Shown: one piece after another, positions 39,075-49,924 of the stretch
Layout of the letters: every line of letters begins with the position of its first letter
How positions within the stretch are numbered: position 1 is the stretch's first letter
Sequence record: DRR723986_11381
Length of the DNA: 52,705 nt
Direction: 5' to 3' (one strand)
Notes under the pieces: model-generated
What the model was told of the DNA's origin: nothing
Database searches by the model: none
Seen by the model: the letters and a program-made list of their open reading frames with translations, nothing else
Translations under genes and position numbers: made by a program

Positions 39075-41144
39075 GTGGCCCGGAGACCTCTGGCCGTGGA
39101 AAATCGAAAGATCCTTGTCACCGCCGCTTTGCCCTACGCGAACGGCCATATCCACATCGGGCACCTCGTTGAGTACATCCAGACCGACATTTGGGTGCGA
39201 TTCCAACGCCTGCGCGGTAATCGATGCATTTTCCTATGCGCCGACGATACACACGGAACGGCCATTACGCTCAGAGCCCGACGTGAAAATCGGTCCGAAA
39301 CCGACGTAATTGCTGAAATGCAGGCCAGCCACGAGGCGGATTTTGCAGGATTCGGGATCAGCTTCGACAACTACGGCAGCACGAACTCTCCAGAGAACTA
39401 CGAATTGTGCAAGCAGTTCTGGACTGCACTTCGAGAGTCAGACCTGGTTGTCGAAAAAGACGTCGATCAGCTATTCGACCCCGAGGCAGGCACGTTTTTG
39501 GCCGACCGGTTCGTCAAAGGCACGTGCCCGCACTGCAAGTCGGAAGACCAGTATGGCGACAATTGCGACAAGTGCGGTGAGACGTACTCGGCCACCGACT
39601 TGATCGATCCCAAGAGCACGCTCTCCGACGCCAAGCCCGAGATTCGAACCGCCAAACACTTATTTGTGGCACTCGAGCAACTGCACGAATTTCTGAACGA
39701 GTGGACGCAGACCGGCGATCACTTACAAAGCGAAGTTGCCAACTATCTGAAGGGGCACTTCCTTGGTGATCCACTCCGCGACTGGGACATATCCCGCCCG
39801 GCTCCCTACTTCGGTTTCGAAATCCCCGATGCTCCAGGAAACTACTGGTACGTGTGGTTCGACGCACCCATTGGTTATATCGCCAGCACAAAACAGTGGT
39901 GTGATCGAAACGGTGAATCGCTCGATAGCTGGTGGAGAGACGGCACCGCGGAAGTGCATCACTTCATCGGCAAAGACATCACCTACTTCCACACGCTATT
40001 CTGGCCGGGCATGCTCAAGACCGCTGGCTTCAACTTGCCGACAAAGGTTCATATCCACGGGTTCTTGACCGTCGGCAATGAGAAGATGAGCAAGAGTAAG
40101 GGCACGTTCATCCGCGCTGCTACTTACCTGAAACATCTCAACCCAGCGTTCTTAAGATACTACTTCGCCAGCAAGCTCGGTCCGCGACTTGATGACATCG
40201 ACCTGAACCTGGAAGACTTCACCAACAAAGTGAATTCTGACTTGGTTGGCAAAGTCGTCAATTTGGCCAGCCGGACTGCGAAGTTTGCTGCCAAAACCGG
40301 TCTGGCTGAATCCTACCCAGATGATGGTGGGCTATTCGAAGACGCCGCCAACGCTGGCGACGCGATTGCCCAGGCCTACGAAACCTGCGACTACGCCAGG
40401 GCCATGCGGCTGATTATGGAGATTGCCGACAAAGCAAACCCTTACGTCGAAAACGCTCAGCCTTGGGTACTCGCAAAGCAGGACGACGGGCAAGAGAAAC
40501 TCCAAGCAACCTGTACGGTGGCGCTGAACATCTTTAGGCAGTTGGCAATTTACCTTGCCCCCGTGCTCCCTGGCTTGAAAGAACAATGCGAGAAGCTGCT
40601 CGGCGAAGAACTGAGCGAATGGTCGCAGAGCAAGAAACCGCTTCTGGGAACAGAGGTGAACAAGTTCAAACACATGTTAAACCGAATTAAGAAAGAGGAC
40701 GTCGACGCAATGGTGGAAGAATCCAAAGAAGAGAATGCAGCCGAAAACGAAACTCCGGCAGCAACATCGGCCTGGAACGACTCAGCCGAACCGCTGGAGG
40801 CGGAACCGCTGGCAGAGACTTGCACCATTGACGACTTCGTCAAAGTTGACTTGCGTGTTGCAAGAATCGTCCAAGCCGAGCAGGTACCCGAAGCGAGAAA
40901 GCTCCTCAAGCTAACACTCAGCCTCGGCGGTGACACACAGAAGACCGTTTTCGCAGGCATCAAAGCTGCTTACGATCCTGACGCTCTTGTCGGACGTCTC
41001 GTCGTTTGTGTTGCGAACTTGGCACCGCGAAAGATGAAGTTCGGCCTGAGTGAAGGAATGGTGACCGCCTGTGGACCAGGTGGAGAAGAGGTCTTCTTAC
41101 TCTCGCCGGACTCTGGCGCAAAACCAGGTCAGCGCGTCCACTAA
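39075..41144 (+). CDS. metG: Methionine--tRNA ligase with C-terminal tRNA-binding domain
   Basis: [29 protein letters not shown] zinc knuckle, [15 protein letters not shown]...[15 protein letters not shown]. Confidence 0.98.
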   Translation: MARRPLAVENRKILVTAALPYANGHIHIGHLVEYIQTDIWVRFQRLRGNRCIFLCADDTHGTAITLRARRENRSETDVIAEMQASHEADFAGFGISFDNYGSTNSPENYELCKQFWTALRESDLVVEKDVDQLFDPEAGTFLADRFVKGTCPHCKSEDQYGDNCDKCGETYSATDLIDPKSTLSDAKPEIRTAKHLFVALEQLHEFLNEWTQTGDHLQSEVANYLKGHFLGDPLRDWDISRPAPYFGFEIPDAPGNYWYVWFDAPIGYIASTKQWCDRNGESLDSWWRDGTAEVHHFIGKDITYFHTLFWPGMLKTAGFNLPTKVHIHGFLTVGNEKMSKSKGTFIRAATYLKHLNPAFLRYYFASKLGPRLDDIDLNLEDFTNKVNSDLVGKVVNLASRTAKFAAKTGLAESYPDDGGLFEDAANAGDAIAQAYETCDYARAMRLIMEIADKANPYVENAQPWVLAKQDDGQEKLQATCTVALNIFRQLAIYLAPVLPGLKEQCEKLLGEELSEWSQSKKPLLGTEVNKFKHMLNRIKKEDVDAMVEESKEENAAENETPAATSAWNDSAEPLEAEPLAETCTIDDFVKVDLRVARIVQAEQVPEARKLLKLTLSLGGDTQKTVFAGIKAAYDPDALVGRLVVCVANLAPRKMKFGLSEGMVTACGPGGEEVFLLSPDSGAKPGQRVH

Positions 41145-41257
41145 TCGTACACCGGTGCGAAGCTCCCCACGCGGGGAACCTAGCTAACTCCGGTGAGCAT
41201 GCTGAATCGACAAGACTGATATTGAAGCGAAGCGGTCTACTGCCGCTTCATCTGACT

Positions 41258-41494
41258 TTAGTGCCTCAGGTGCGAACGCTGACGCACGGGTTCGGCTTGT
41301 GGACTGTAGAATTCTCGCGGACGGCCACCAACAACTTCGGGACCGATATCGTTTAATGGGTACGGATCGTGGACGACGGCACGCGACTTCTGGCGTTCCG
41401 TGCTTCCTTGCCCCCAGGGCAATCCCCAACCGGGTCTACTCGCGCAGCCACCCAGCAGAAGTAAAGATAGGCTTAGCGCTAGCTTCCGTGACAT
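41258..41494 (-). CDS. Small planctomycete lipoprotein
   Basis: AAAGGA RBS before ATG 41494; lipobox LGGC; HDPYPLNDIGPEVVGGRPREF motif. Confidence 0.75.
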   Translation of the reverse strand: MSRKLALSLSLLLLGGCASRPGWGLPWGQGSTERQKSRAVVHDPYPLNDIGPEVVGGRPREFYSPQAEPVRQRSHLRH

Positions 41495-42006
41495 AACAGT
41501 CCTTTCGCGAGCATCCATTGCTCAGACGTTTTTGATCTACTTGGGGCCGATGCTAGGGAAATGCTCTTCTTCCAGATAGAGCAATCAAGGGGCTCCGCCC
41601 CAGCTCGGCCATACCAGCCGTGCAGCTTCCCAACAACTCAGTGGCGGTGGACAAGGCTGCCCTAATGGCAGTCCAGCTACTCACAACACCCCCGCTTCTT
41701 TGCTATCTATCGAGATCTAGCGCAACCAGATTGCAGGCATAACGCCTGCAGTCCGACAATCGGACCAGCTAGCATTACCCGCAGTCGTTGCGCTGCTACA
41801 GCAGTAGTGGTTGTACTGTCGAACCGCGCTAAGTTCCTGGCAAGCTCTTTTGGCAGCTCCTGATGAACACGGCCTCGCGCGAGCCTGCCGCACCAAACGC
41901 ACCACCCAAAGGAACCAAAACCTGGATCAACAGAGTAGAAACCTCCAGCACCCAGAGTCCACGGAACTGGTCGAATCAAACCTTCATCGAGCAACGCGCG
42001 TATTCA

Positions 42007-42035
42007 TTGACAAACCGAAGCACTAGATATATTTT
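42007..42035 (+). promoter_or_regulatory. Candidate sigma70 promoter for the PEP-CTERM gene
   Basis: TTGACA-17 nt-TATTTT, ~45 nt upstream of ATG 42080, which has a GGAG RBS. Confidence 0.45.
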
Positions 42036-42079
42036 TCGCGAACAATCTGAAACGCCCATGAACTACGGAGAACCGCCCG

Positions 42080-42723
42080 ATGATCCGACTGTCTATCCTT
42101 GTGTCTGTACTTTTCTGCAATTTGAGCTCGGCAAGTGCTGGGTTAGTGCTTGCAACCTTTCTTGACGGTGCCGATGGCACGACGGGGCTCTACACCTACA
42201 ACGACGCCGCAATTGGTGCAACTGGCAGTTCTGTGACGCTCGACGTGCAGAGTGACCGCAATGGTGATGGCCGAATCTTCGGCGGCATGGGAATGGCCCG
42301 CCCGATTATGGATTTCTCAACGGCAGGAAAAGAGGTTCATATCGAATTCCGAACACTGGGATTCAACCAGCAAGCACGATGACATTGGGCCTATGGGATG
42401 CCGACATAACAGGCGATGAAAAACATGAATTTAATGTCTCCACGTCGGGCGGAACCCCAACCACGGATGGTTTCCATCGAGCAATAGTCGATCTTTCACA
42501 GCCTGCAGACTTCATCTTTCGGAGTCAGGACGGAATAGCCAACTTCGGCCTAAATAGATGGGAGCTCCAATCGCGATTTGCGGACGGATTGCTTCCCACG
42601 CCGGGCCAGTCCTTCGGAGTAGAGATTCGCTCAATGCAACTTGTCGCTGTACCCGAGCCCGGAGCGATGGGTCTCCTAGCGGCGGCGGTATTGCCAGTTC
42701 TATGCAGACGCAGGCGACCTTAG
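42080..42723 (+). pseudogene. PEP-CTERM sorting-domain protein split by a 1-nt frameshift (ORFs 42080-42382 and 42379-42723)
   Basis: The first ORF has a signal peptide but no sorting signal. The second has VPEP-TM-RRRRP but no signal peptide. Adding one base near 42370 joins them (...GFNQ-ASTMTLGLWD...). Confidence 0.7.
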
Positions 42724-42806
42724 ACGCCTTGAAATGTATACAGGGCAATTGGTTGCGAAACCAACCTGCCACTGCAGCCTGGCCAGGCCAGAGATAACAG
42801 CACGAG

Positions 42807-43784
42807 CTATGGCAGTCGAATTGCCAGGACCGTCGCGCCCGCTCGTGAGCTGACCGTCACTTCGGAAAGAGCAGCAGGCAGGACGCAGCTTTGCCCCTGC
42901 TCAAGCTCTTGATGTTGCTGCTGCTCATCCGCCATCCAAGTCAATCGCACCGCACCATGTGGGACGGTGATGAAATGCAACTCGCCAGCATTTCCGAGCG
43001 GCATGGCATTCTCGCTGGCGTGAAGACGATCCAGTACAAACTTGTCGCATGTAACAAGTCGTTCGCGGCGCTCACCAACAGGTTCTGGAGTCTGAAAGAC
43101 TGACGCTCCAGCGTTGAAGTCGATAACCTCAAGTGCTTGTTCGATGTGCAACGCACGAGGCTGCCCGTCCGCTCCAAGACGATTCCAATCGAATAGTCGA
43201 AACGTAGTGTTCGAAGCTTGCTGTATCTCGGCAACCAACAACCCCGCGCCAAGCGCGTGCACCGTCCCTGCAGGGATGAAGACACAGTCGCCAGCCTTGG
43301 GATGCAGCTTGTTCAAGCAGTCCTCAACCTCTCCGGTAGCCAGAGCGGTTGCCAAGTCTGCGGCCGTAACTCCTTCTTTCAGTCCTGCGTAAAGCACCGC
43401 GCCGGGCTCAGCCGACATGACGTACCACGCTTCGGTCTTTCCCAAGTCCGGTGGTGTCATTTCTTGTGCGTACGCATCCTCTGGGTGCACTTGAACGCTC
43501 AAGACTCGGTTGCAATCTAGATACTTCAGCAACAGCGGGACCGATTCCACACCGGCCCTGCCGATCAACCATTGCGAGTGCTCACGAGCGACTTCGCCAA
43601 TCGTCTTACCGGCGAGCGATCCGTTGCTGATGCGGCTCTCATGCTCGGGATGATCCACGATTTCCCAGCTCTCGGCCCAAACTCCCTCAGAAGGCAGTGG
43701 TTTGTTGAGAGTCTTTTCCAGGTTCCTCCCTCCCCAGATGTAGTCTTGGAAATGAGGTTCGGTCAGGAGCGGATAGGCTTCCAC
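42807..43784 (-). CDS. manA: Type I phosphomannose isomerase (mannose-6-phosphate isomerase)
   Basis: YIWGG, AESWE, PLLLKYLD, LSVQVHP, GKTEAWY, FIPAGTVHA, EIQQASNTTFRLFDW. Confidence 0.92.
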   Translation of the reverse strand: MEAYPLLTEPHFQDYIWGGRNLEKTLNKPLPSEGVWAESWEIVDHPEHESRISNGSLAGKTIGEVAREHSQWLIGRAGVESVPLLLKYLDCNRVLSVQVHPEDAYAQEMTPPDLGKTEAWYVMSAEPGAVLYAGLKEGVTAADLATALATGEVEDCLNKLHPKAGDCVFIPAGTVHALGAGLLVAEIQQASNTTFRLFDWNRLGADGQPRALHIEQALEVIDFNAGASVFQTPEPVGERRERLVTCDKFVLDRLHASENAMPLGNAGELHFITVPHGAVRLTWMADEQQQHQELEQGQSCVLPAALSEVTVSSRAGATVLAIRLP

Positions 43785-44141
43785 GGCGAAGGGCCCTTGG
43801 TCTAAGAGTGCTTTCGTTGAATCGGCGGATTCTACCCAAAGTCCCGTGCAGCGGTTATAGTAGTCCAAACTGGGGCAGCCAGAATTTTCTGTCGGTCCTC
43901 AGCTTTCTTACAGTGTCTCTGCTGAGTAAATCGGGCACTACGGTGGTCAAAGTACCCGCCACATTTGAGTCGTGGTGAAGCGAACGAGCGTTTACAATGG
44001 ACGCTCGCGAGAAATCGGTCAAACCACCCACCCCTATCCCGCATGGGATTTCAAATCAGAATGTGTCCCGACCGATTCCTTCCAGCGTGTGCCAAGCTGT
44101 TCAATTGAATTCAGCTCTGCCACTGATTCACGAGTGAAATA

Positions 44142-45605
44142 ATGGCCAAAAAACCTGCGGATGACCTATTTGAACAGAGCTCGATGTCGTTCGGGGAACA
44201 CCTGGAGGAACTTCGCAAGGCACTCCTAAAGGCCTTTGTTTGGCTGGGCATCGGCACGTTGGTTGGGCTCTACTTTGCCGAAGACATTGTCCTTTACTTA
44301 CAGCGACCGCTCGAAAAGGCAATGTATGAATTCCGGGTGGAGCAATCCAAGAAAGCCTTCAAACAGGCAAACGGCGTCGATGCGCCCGAAGAACTTGCCG
44401 CTCTGCTCAGCGAACTTGGCGTTACGCCACAGATTAGTTACGTCGACCCCGCCGTCTTCCAGGATTCGTACGATCACGGCGAACTGAAGAAGGCCGCCAA
44501 GGATGACGCATCTTCTCTCAGCGAAGAGAAGTCCGACAAGTTACCTGCCGACAAGCCATCAACCGAAAAGAAGGCCCCTCCAGCCGAATCGGCAACGCAA
44601 GACGACTCACCGGCGGAAGCTCAAGAAAAGGACAACGACGGAACTCGAGGCGCCGAGGCGAGCAACACTCAAGAAGTCAACGACGCAGGCAGTGAATCTG
44701 AATCGTCTCCCCAAGAAGGCACGGACGCGACTGCTTCTGGTGAGGCCCCCAGCACAAGCGACACCGATTCGGCCGCCCCTGAAATCGCAACCGGTGTTAA
44801 GGCTGACATTAAAGCGACTGGCGCTGGCAAACTTTCCGAATCTGGCTTGGCCACCGCTGACGACAAAGGTGAGAATGGCGAGGACGAGACTGGCAAAGCG
44901 GACGAGGCGAAAAAGACGGCTTCCATTCTGGAAGAGCTGGCCGATCCATGGACGGGCTTGAATGCGGAGTCGTTGCGACGCCTTCGACCGGTCATTATTT
45001 GGCAACCCAACGAAACACGCCTCGTCAGCCTACAAGCGACCGAGGGCTTTATGATTTGGCTGAAAGCCGGCTTGGTTGCGGGCGTCGTCATTGGCAGTCC
45101 CGGCATCTTTTGGCACATCTGGCAGTTCTTTGCCGCCGGCCTGTATCCGCACGAACGACGCTACGTCTATTGGTACCTACCGCTCAGCTTGGGGCTCTTC
45201 TTCTCAGGTGTCGCGTTGGCATTCTTTGTGATGCTGAAAATCGTCCTTGGATTTTTGACCGGATACACGACCGGTCTCGGAGTTGATTTCACACCACGCC
45301 TGACTGACTATGTCTCGTTTGCACTGTTCCTGCCGCTAGGTTTCGGAATTGCATTTCAATTACCACTGGTCATGCTGGGCCTCCATCGCTTTGGTGTCGT
45401 CTCAGTGGAATTGTTCATATCGCAGTGGCGAATTGCGATTCTGGCGATCGCCTTCCTTTCGATGATCCTCACTCCGTCCGACCCCTACACAATGGTCGGG
45501 CTCGCCGCCCCTTTGTCTGTGCTTTACTTCTTCGGCATCTTCTTATGTAAGTACATGCCGCGAGGTGACGGTTTCGGGTCTCAGGCGCTCGACCCAACAA
45601 ACTAG
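44142..45605 (+). CDS. tatC: Twin-arginine translocase subunit TatC with a large insertion
   Basis: MSFGEHLEELR, IWQFFAAGLYPHERRY, FGIAFQLPLV, ILTPSDP; long acidic insert after TM1. Confidence 0.93.
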   Translation: MAKKPADDLFEQSSMSFGEHLEELRKALLKAFVWLGIGTLVGLYFAEDIVLYLQRPLEKAMYEFRVEQSKKAFKQANGVDAPEELAALLSELGVTPQISYVDPAVFQDSYDHGELKKAAKDDASSLSEEKSDKLPADKPSTEKKAPPAESATQDDSPAEAQEKDNDGTRGAEASNTQEVNDAGSESESSPQEGTDATASGEAPSTSDTDSAAPEIATGVKADIKATGAGKLSESGLATADDKGENGEDETGKADEAKKTASILEELADPWTGLNAESLRRLRPVIIWQPNETRLVSLQATEGFMIWLKAGLVAGVVIGSPGIFWHIWQFFAAGLYPHERRYVYWYLPLSLGLFFSGVALAFFVMLKIVLGFLTGYTTGLGVDFTPRLTDYVSFALFLPLGFGIAFQLPLVMLGLHRFGVVSVELFISQWRIAILAIAFLSMILTPSDPYTMVGLAAPLSVLYFFGIFLCKYMPRGDGFGSQALDPTN

Positions 45606-45993
45606 CCCGCGCACGCACTACGATCACAGTTACCTGGCAGCACGGGCAGTGCAGCTCCCAGCGACCAACTCCGCTGCTCGCACCTTTGTGCCAAGCGTCT
45701 GAGTATATTGCTGAGTATGAAACAGCGTCGCCCCTATGACGCCCAGCCAATCGGCGGACCAGTCAAACCGCGGCCAGCGGGGAGACGCTCTCGCCGCAGC
45801 GGCCATCTTTCCTGCCGAGGCCGATCCCTGTGGATTGCCCATCGTGGTCCGCTTTGCCTTACAATAAGGTCAGCAATCATCAAACGCTGGGCGTCCATGC
45901 CATTCGCTTTAGGCGTCATCATATGCGTCGATTCGGGCAAGCCCCTCAAGCAAATCACCATTAAGAATTAAACCATAGAAGCCGGTAACCCCC

Positions 45994-47118
45994 ATGAAAC
46001 TAAAGCCCCTAGTGTACGGAGGAGTTTTCGCAACAGCACTCTCCGTGCAATCCATTGCAGTTGGCTACGAAACCATCGAGTCGCTCGTTAGTGCGAAGAC
46101 CAATAGTGACGCATCGGTTGTTGCTCGACAATTGCAGGCCGATCCGAACACGCGGCTGGGCGACGTCCTCTCGGCGATGAAGGACCAGCCAGCAGTTCAA
46201 CAGAATTGGTTGCTGTCAGTTGCACAAAGCGTTGCGGACCGAAACCCATCGGCGGCCAAAAAGGAACTTGCTGAATTCCTGCCCAAGCGTAGCGAATCAC
46301 CGACCGCGCGGTACTGGGCGTTTGACTACATCACGCGAGATGACGCGGCTCTTCGCGAATCTCTGCTGAGTTCCATGCTGACCGATCCAAGCTTGGAACT
46401 TCGCTATGAAGCGGTGGCCCTTGGGATGCGAAAACTGAAAGAGCAGGGCGAAGCCCCAGAGCAAGAAGACTCAGAGAAATCAGACTTGGCTGCATCGTAT
46501 CAGCAGCTTCTGACTGCCGCTCGACTTCCATCTCAGATTTCAGAAATTGCAAAAGAGCTTCGCGAACTTGAGGTGGAGGTCGACCTGCTGAAGCATTTTG
46601 GATTCCTGCCGTCCTGGAAAATCTGTGGCAAGTTTGAAAACACCGATGGCGTAGGGTTCGCGAAGGCCTACGCACCAGAGACAAACTTTGCAGCCGGCAA
46701 ACTTGACCTAGATTCTAAATATGCAGGGAAAGAGGGCGACGCCGTCTGGCAAGACCTTTCCACCGATGCAGACGACGGTGCGCTCGACTTGAACCCTGTG
46801 TTCAGCAATGCCAAAGGGGCCGTTGTCTACGGTTTCTCTACCTTCAATGCGGCGGACGATGTCGCCTGCGAAGTACGCATTGGCTCCCCCAACGCCTGCA
46901 AAGTTTGGCTAAATGGCGAAGAAGTCATTTCCCGCGAGGTATACCATACCGGCAGCCAGATCGATCAATACACAGCACCCGTGAAGCTCAAGGCTGGCAA
47001 GAATGAAATCTTGGTCAAGCTCTGCCAGAATGAGCAAACTGAACCGTGGGCTCAAGAGTGGCAATTTCAGGTGCGGTTCACCGATTCAACCGGTCTAGCC
47101 ATCCAACCGGCGAAGTAG
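45994..47118 (+). CDS. Secreted hypothetical protein (HEAT-like N-terminus, beta-sandwich C-terminus)
   Basis: Signal peptide; DPSLELRYEAV helical repeat; WKICGKF, KVWLNGEEV, LKAGKNEILVKLCQNE motifs. Confidence 0.75.
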   Translation: MKLKPLVYGGVFATALSVQSIAVGYETIESLVSAKTNSDASVVARQLQADPNTRLGDVLSAMKDQPAVQQNWLLSVAQSVADRNPSAAKKELAEFLPKRSESPTARYWAFDYITRDDAALRESLLSSMLTDPSLELRYEAVALGMRKLKEQGEAPEQEDSEKSDLAASYQQLLTAARLPSQISEIAKELRELEVEVDLLKHFGFLPSWKICGKFENTDGVGFAKAYAPETNFAAGKLDLDSKYAGKEGDAVWQDLSTDADDGALDLNPVFSNAKGAVVYGFSTFNAADDVACEVRIGSPNACKVWLNGEEVISREVYHTGSQIDQYTAPVKLKAGKNEILVKLCQNEQTEPWAQEWQFQVRFTDSTGLAIQPAK

Positions 47119-47165
47119 TACCCGCTTCAACACAAATCAATGCACATCGAAAAGTGAAACCGAAC

Positions 47166-48416
47166 ATGTTCAATATACTTCCAAGCGTGAAGCCATTCAC
47201 GAAATTTCTTTCAACAAGCTTTCTGGTCGCTGGTGTCGCTTCGCAACCATGCTTGGCCGACTGGCCGACATTTCTCGGCCCTGGCGGTAACCCTGTCACC
47301 CCGCAAGCAGTGCCACTGAAGTTCACCGTGGGTTCTGACGAATCGCCAGCAGAGAACATTGCCTGGCGTGTACCGATTGACGGTCGTGGCGTCGGCGGTC
47401 CCATCGTTGTTGACGGCAAAGTCATCACGACCAGCAGTGGTTCGATGGAAGGACGCTGGATGCATGTAATTGCTGTCGATGAAGTCACTGGTAAAGTGCT
47501 TTGGAATCGTAGCACCAAATCGACTGGGCGGCCATTCTGCCACCCAACGAGTGCCAACGCCGCACCGACACCCTGCTCGGACGGCGAACGCGTCTTCGCA
47601 TTCTTCAGCTCCAACGATCTCGTCTGCTATGACCTAGACGGAAACCTCCAGTGGTTCCGAAGCCTAGTCGAGAATCACCCGCTGGCTGGCAACGATGTCG
47701 GAATGGGATCATCGCCAATCGTCATTGACGGCGTACTGGTCGTCAGCGTCGAATGCCAGGCAGATTCATTTCTAGCTGGTGTCGACGCCGAGTCAGGGGA
47801 GACGCTGTGGGAAGTTGCACGCCCTAAGAAAGCCAACTGGGCATCGCCAAAACTAATCACCGATTCATCAGGTGCAAAGGCGGTTGTCATCCACGGTCTT
47901 GAAGATCTCGTTGCGATTGAACCACAGACAGGAAAACAACTTTGGAAGCTTGATTTACGGTGCTCCTCAGTAGCGTCAGGCACCTTTGCCGACGGCAAAC
48001 TCTACGTGCCCGCTGGCGGGCTGAAGACGTTCGAAATCACTTCCGTGTCCAAGCAACCAGAAGTGGCGACGGAATCCAATCGCCTGAGCCCAGGCTCTGC
48101 CTCGATTCTAGTCAGCGAGCACGGAGTCATCGGTCTGAATCGAACCGTATTGGTTTGCGTCGACACAGAGGGCAAGCGCAAGTGGGTCGCGAGACTTGAA
48201 GACGCAGGACAGATCTGGTCGACCCCGGTCCTTGCTGGACAGCACTTATACGCCTTTGGCATGAACGGGAAGTGCTTTACGGTTTCTGTCTCCGGTGATC
48301 AAGCTGAAGTCGTTGAGGAAAGCGAGCTTGGCGAAGAGGTCCTGGGTTCGCCTGCCGTAGATAACAATGCGATGTATGTTCGCAGCGTCGATGCTCTGTG
48401 GAAGATTGGCAGCTAA
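47166..48416 (+). CDS. PQQ-binding-like (BamB-type) beta-propeller protein
   Basis: ADWPTFLGP, IAWRVPI.G.G..PIV, TGKVLW, DLDGNLQW, GSSPI, WSTPV, LGSPAV repeats. Confidence 0.88.
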   Translation: MFNILPSVKPFTKFLSTSFLVAGVASQPCLADWPTFLGPGGNPVTPQAVPLKFTVGSDESPAENIAWRVPIDGRGVGGPIVVDGKVITTSSGSMEGRWMHVIAVDEVTGKVLWNRSTKSTGRPFCHPTSANAAPTPCSDGERVFAFFSSNDLVCYDLDGNLQWFRSLVENHPLAGNDVGMGSSPIVIDGVLVVSVECQADSFLAGVDAESGETLWEVARPKKANWASPKLITDSSGAKAVVIHGLEDLVAIEPQTGKQLWKLDLRCSSVASGTFADGKLYVPAGGLKTFEITSVSKQPEVATESNRLSPGSASILVSEHGVIGLNRTVLVCVDTEGKRKWVARLEDAGQIWSTPVLAGQHLYAFGMNGKCFTVSVSGDQAEVVEESELGEEVLGSPAVDNNAMYVRSVDALWKIGS

Positions 48417-48502
48417 GATCGCCCAGTCAACATCGCGTTCCCCAGTCAACATCGCCAAACATGCTCGTCAATCAAGCAACCAAAGCACAAGAACGAATCA
48501 AC

Positions 48503-49924
48503 ATGATGCACTCCAGAACTTGCCTCAGACTCACCCTTTTCTTCGCACTTGGCCTTGTGGCCGCGGGCAGAGTTTCCGCCTTCGAAACAAAGGATCAATC
48601 CAAGCCCAACTTTGTCATCATCTTTGCAGATGACCAAGGTTACGGTGATCTGGGCTGCTTTGGCTCCACCAAAATTGAGACTCCAAACATTGACCGTTTG
48701 GCTGCCGAAGGACGTCGATTTACGAGCTTCATGGTCGCGTCTCCAGTTTGCACTCCGTCGCGAGCTGCACTGCTGACCGGATGCTATCCCAAGCGAGTCG
48801 GCTTGCACCAGCACGTACTTTTTCCGGCTTCGAAGAAAGGCCTTCATCCAGACGAACACACGATCGCCGACCACTTGAAACAGCAAGGGTACGCAACAGC
48901 TTGCTTCGGCAAGTGGCACCTTGGGCATCACCCCGAGACGTTACCGCGGCAGAACGGGTTCGACACCTATCTTGGGATTCCCTACTCAAATGACATGAAC
49001 CACCCGGACAACAAAGGGAAACCACGCATTCCATCTGATGAACTGTGGAAAGATCAAGACAGCGCAGTCAATCACTGGAACACGCCGCTGATCGAAAACG
49101 AAGAAATTGTCGAACTGCCAGTTGACCAGCGCACCGTAACTCGGCGGTACACCGACAAAGCGATCGATTTCATTAAATCAAATTCGGAGAAGCCATTCTT
49201 CGTATACCTTCCGCATTCCATGCCCCACATTCCGTTGTACGTTCCAGAGGATGCGTATGATCCAGACCCACAGAATGCCTACACCTGTGTAATTGAACAC
49301 ATCGACGCAGAAGTTGGTCGGGTTATCGACACGCTGCGTGAGCTGAAGTTGGCAGAAAACACTTATGTCATCTACACGTCGGACAATGGACCGTGGCTGC
49401 AGTTCAAGAATCATGGCGGCTCAGCCGGTCCACTCAGGGCAGGGAAGGGGACCACATTCGAGGGTGGCCAACGCGTGCCATGTGTTATGTGGGCTCCCGG
49501 CCGCATCCCCGCTGGAACCGAGTGCAATGAACTGATGGGCACGATCGACGTATTGCCAACCATTGCAGCCATCACGAACACTCCCTTGCCATCAGATCGC
49601 AAAATCGACGGACAAGATTTTTCTAACTTGGTCCATGCAACCAACGACAAAGGCCGGAACGAATTCGTCCACTACACCTCCCGCGGACAATTGGAGGGCA
49701 TCCGCCAAGGTGATTGGAAACTACTTGTGAAGGTGCCGCAGGGGAAAAAGAACCAAGGCAAGAAGGGCGAGACCATGCTGTTTAATCTTGCCAACGACGT
49801 GGGCGAAAAAGATAACCTGGCAGCCAAGCATCCAGATATCGTGGCGAAGCTTACCGCGCGGATGACGGAACTGGACGCAGAGATCACCGAGAATGCTCGG
49901 CCAACTTGGCTAAAAAGTGAGTGA
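48503..49924 (+). CDS. Arylsulfatase (Cys-type, formylglycine-dependent)
   Basis: PNFVIIFADDQGYGD, CTPSRAALLTG, GKWHLG, SDNGP, GKGTTFEGGQRVP; signal peptide. Confidence 0.95.
   Translation: MMHSRTCLRLTLFFALGLVAAGRVSAFETKDQSKPNFVIIFADDQGYGDLGCFGSTKIETPNIDRLAAEGRRFTSFMVASPVCTPSRAALLTGCYPKRVGLHQHVLFPASKKGLHPDEHTIADHLKQQGYATACFGKWHLGHHPETLPRQNGFDTYLGIPYSNDMNHPDNKGKPRIPSDELWKDQDSAVNHWNTPLIENEEIVELPVDQRTVTRRYTDKAIDFIKSNSEKPFFVYLPHSMPHIPLYVPEDAYDPDPQNAYTCVIEHIDAEVGRVIDTLRELKLAENTYVIYTSDNGPWLQFKNHGGSAGPLRAGKGTTFEGGQRVPCVMWAPGRIPAGTECNELMGTIDVLPTIAAITNTPLPSDRKIDGQDFSNLVHATNDKGRNEFVHYTSRGQLEGIRQGDWKLLVKVPQGKKNQGKKGETMLFNLANDVGEKDNLAAKHPDIVAKLTARMTELDAEITENARPTWLKSE

Noticed and set aside
48422-48455. 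CCCAGTCAACATCGC duplicated with a 19-bp period
   Set aside because: Two copies only, in a short spacer; most simply a local slippage duplication.
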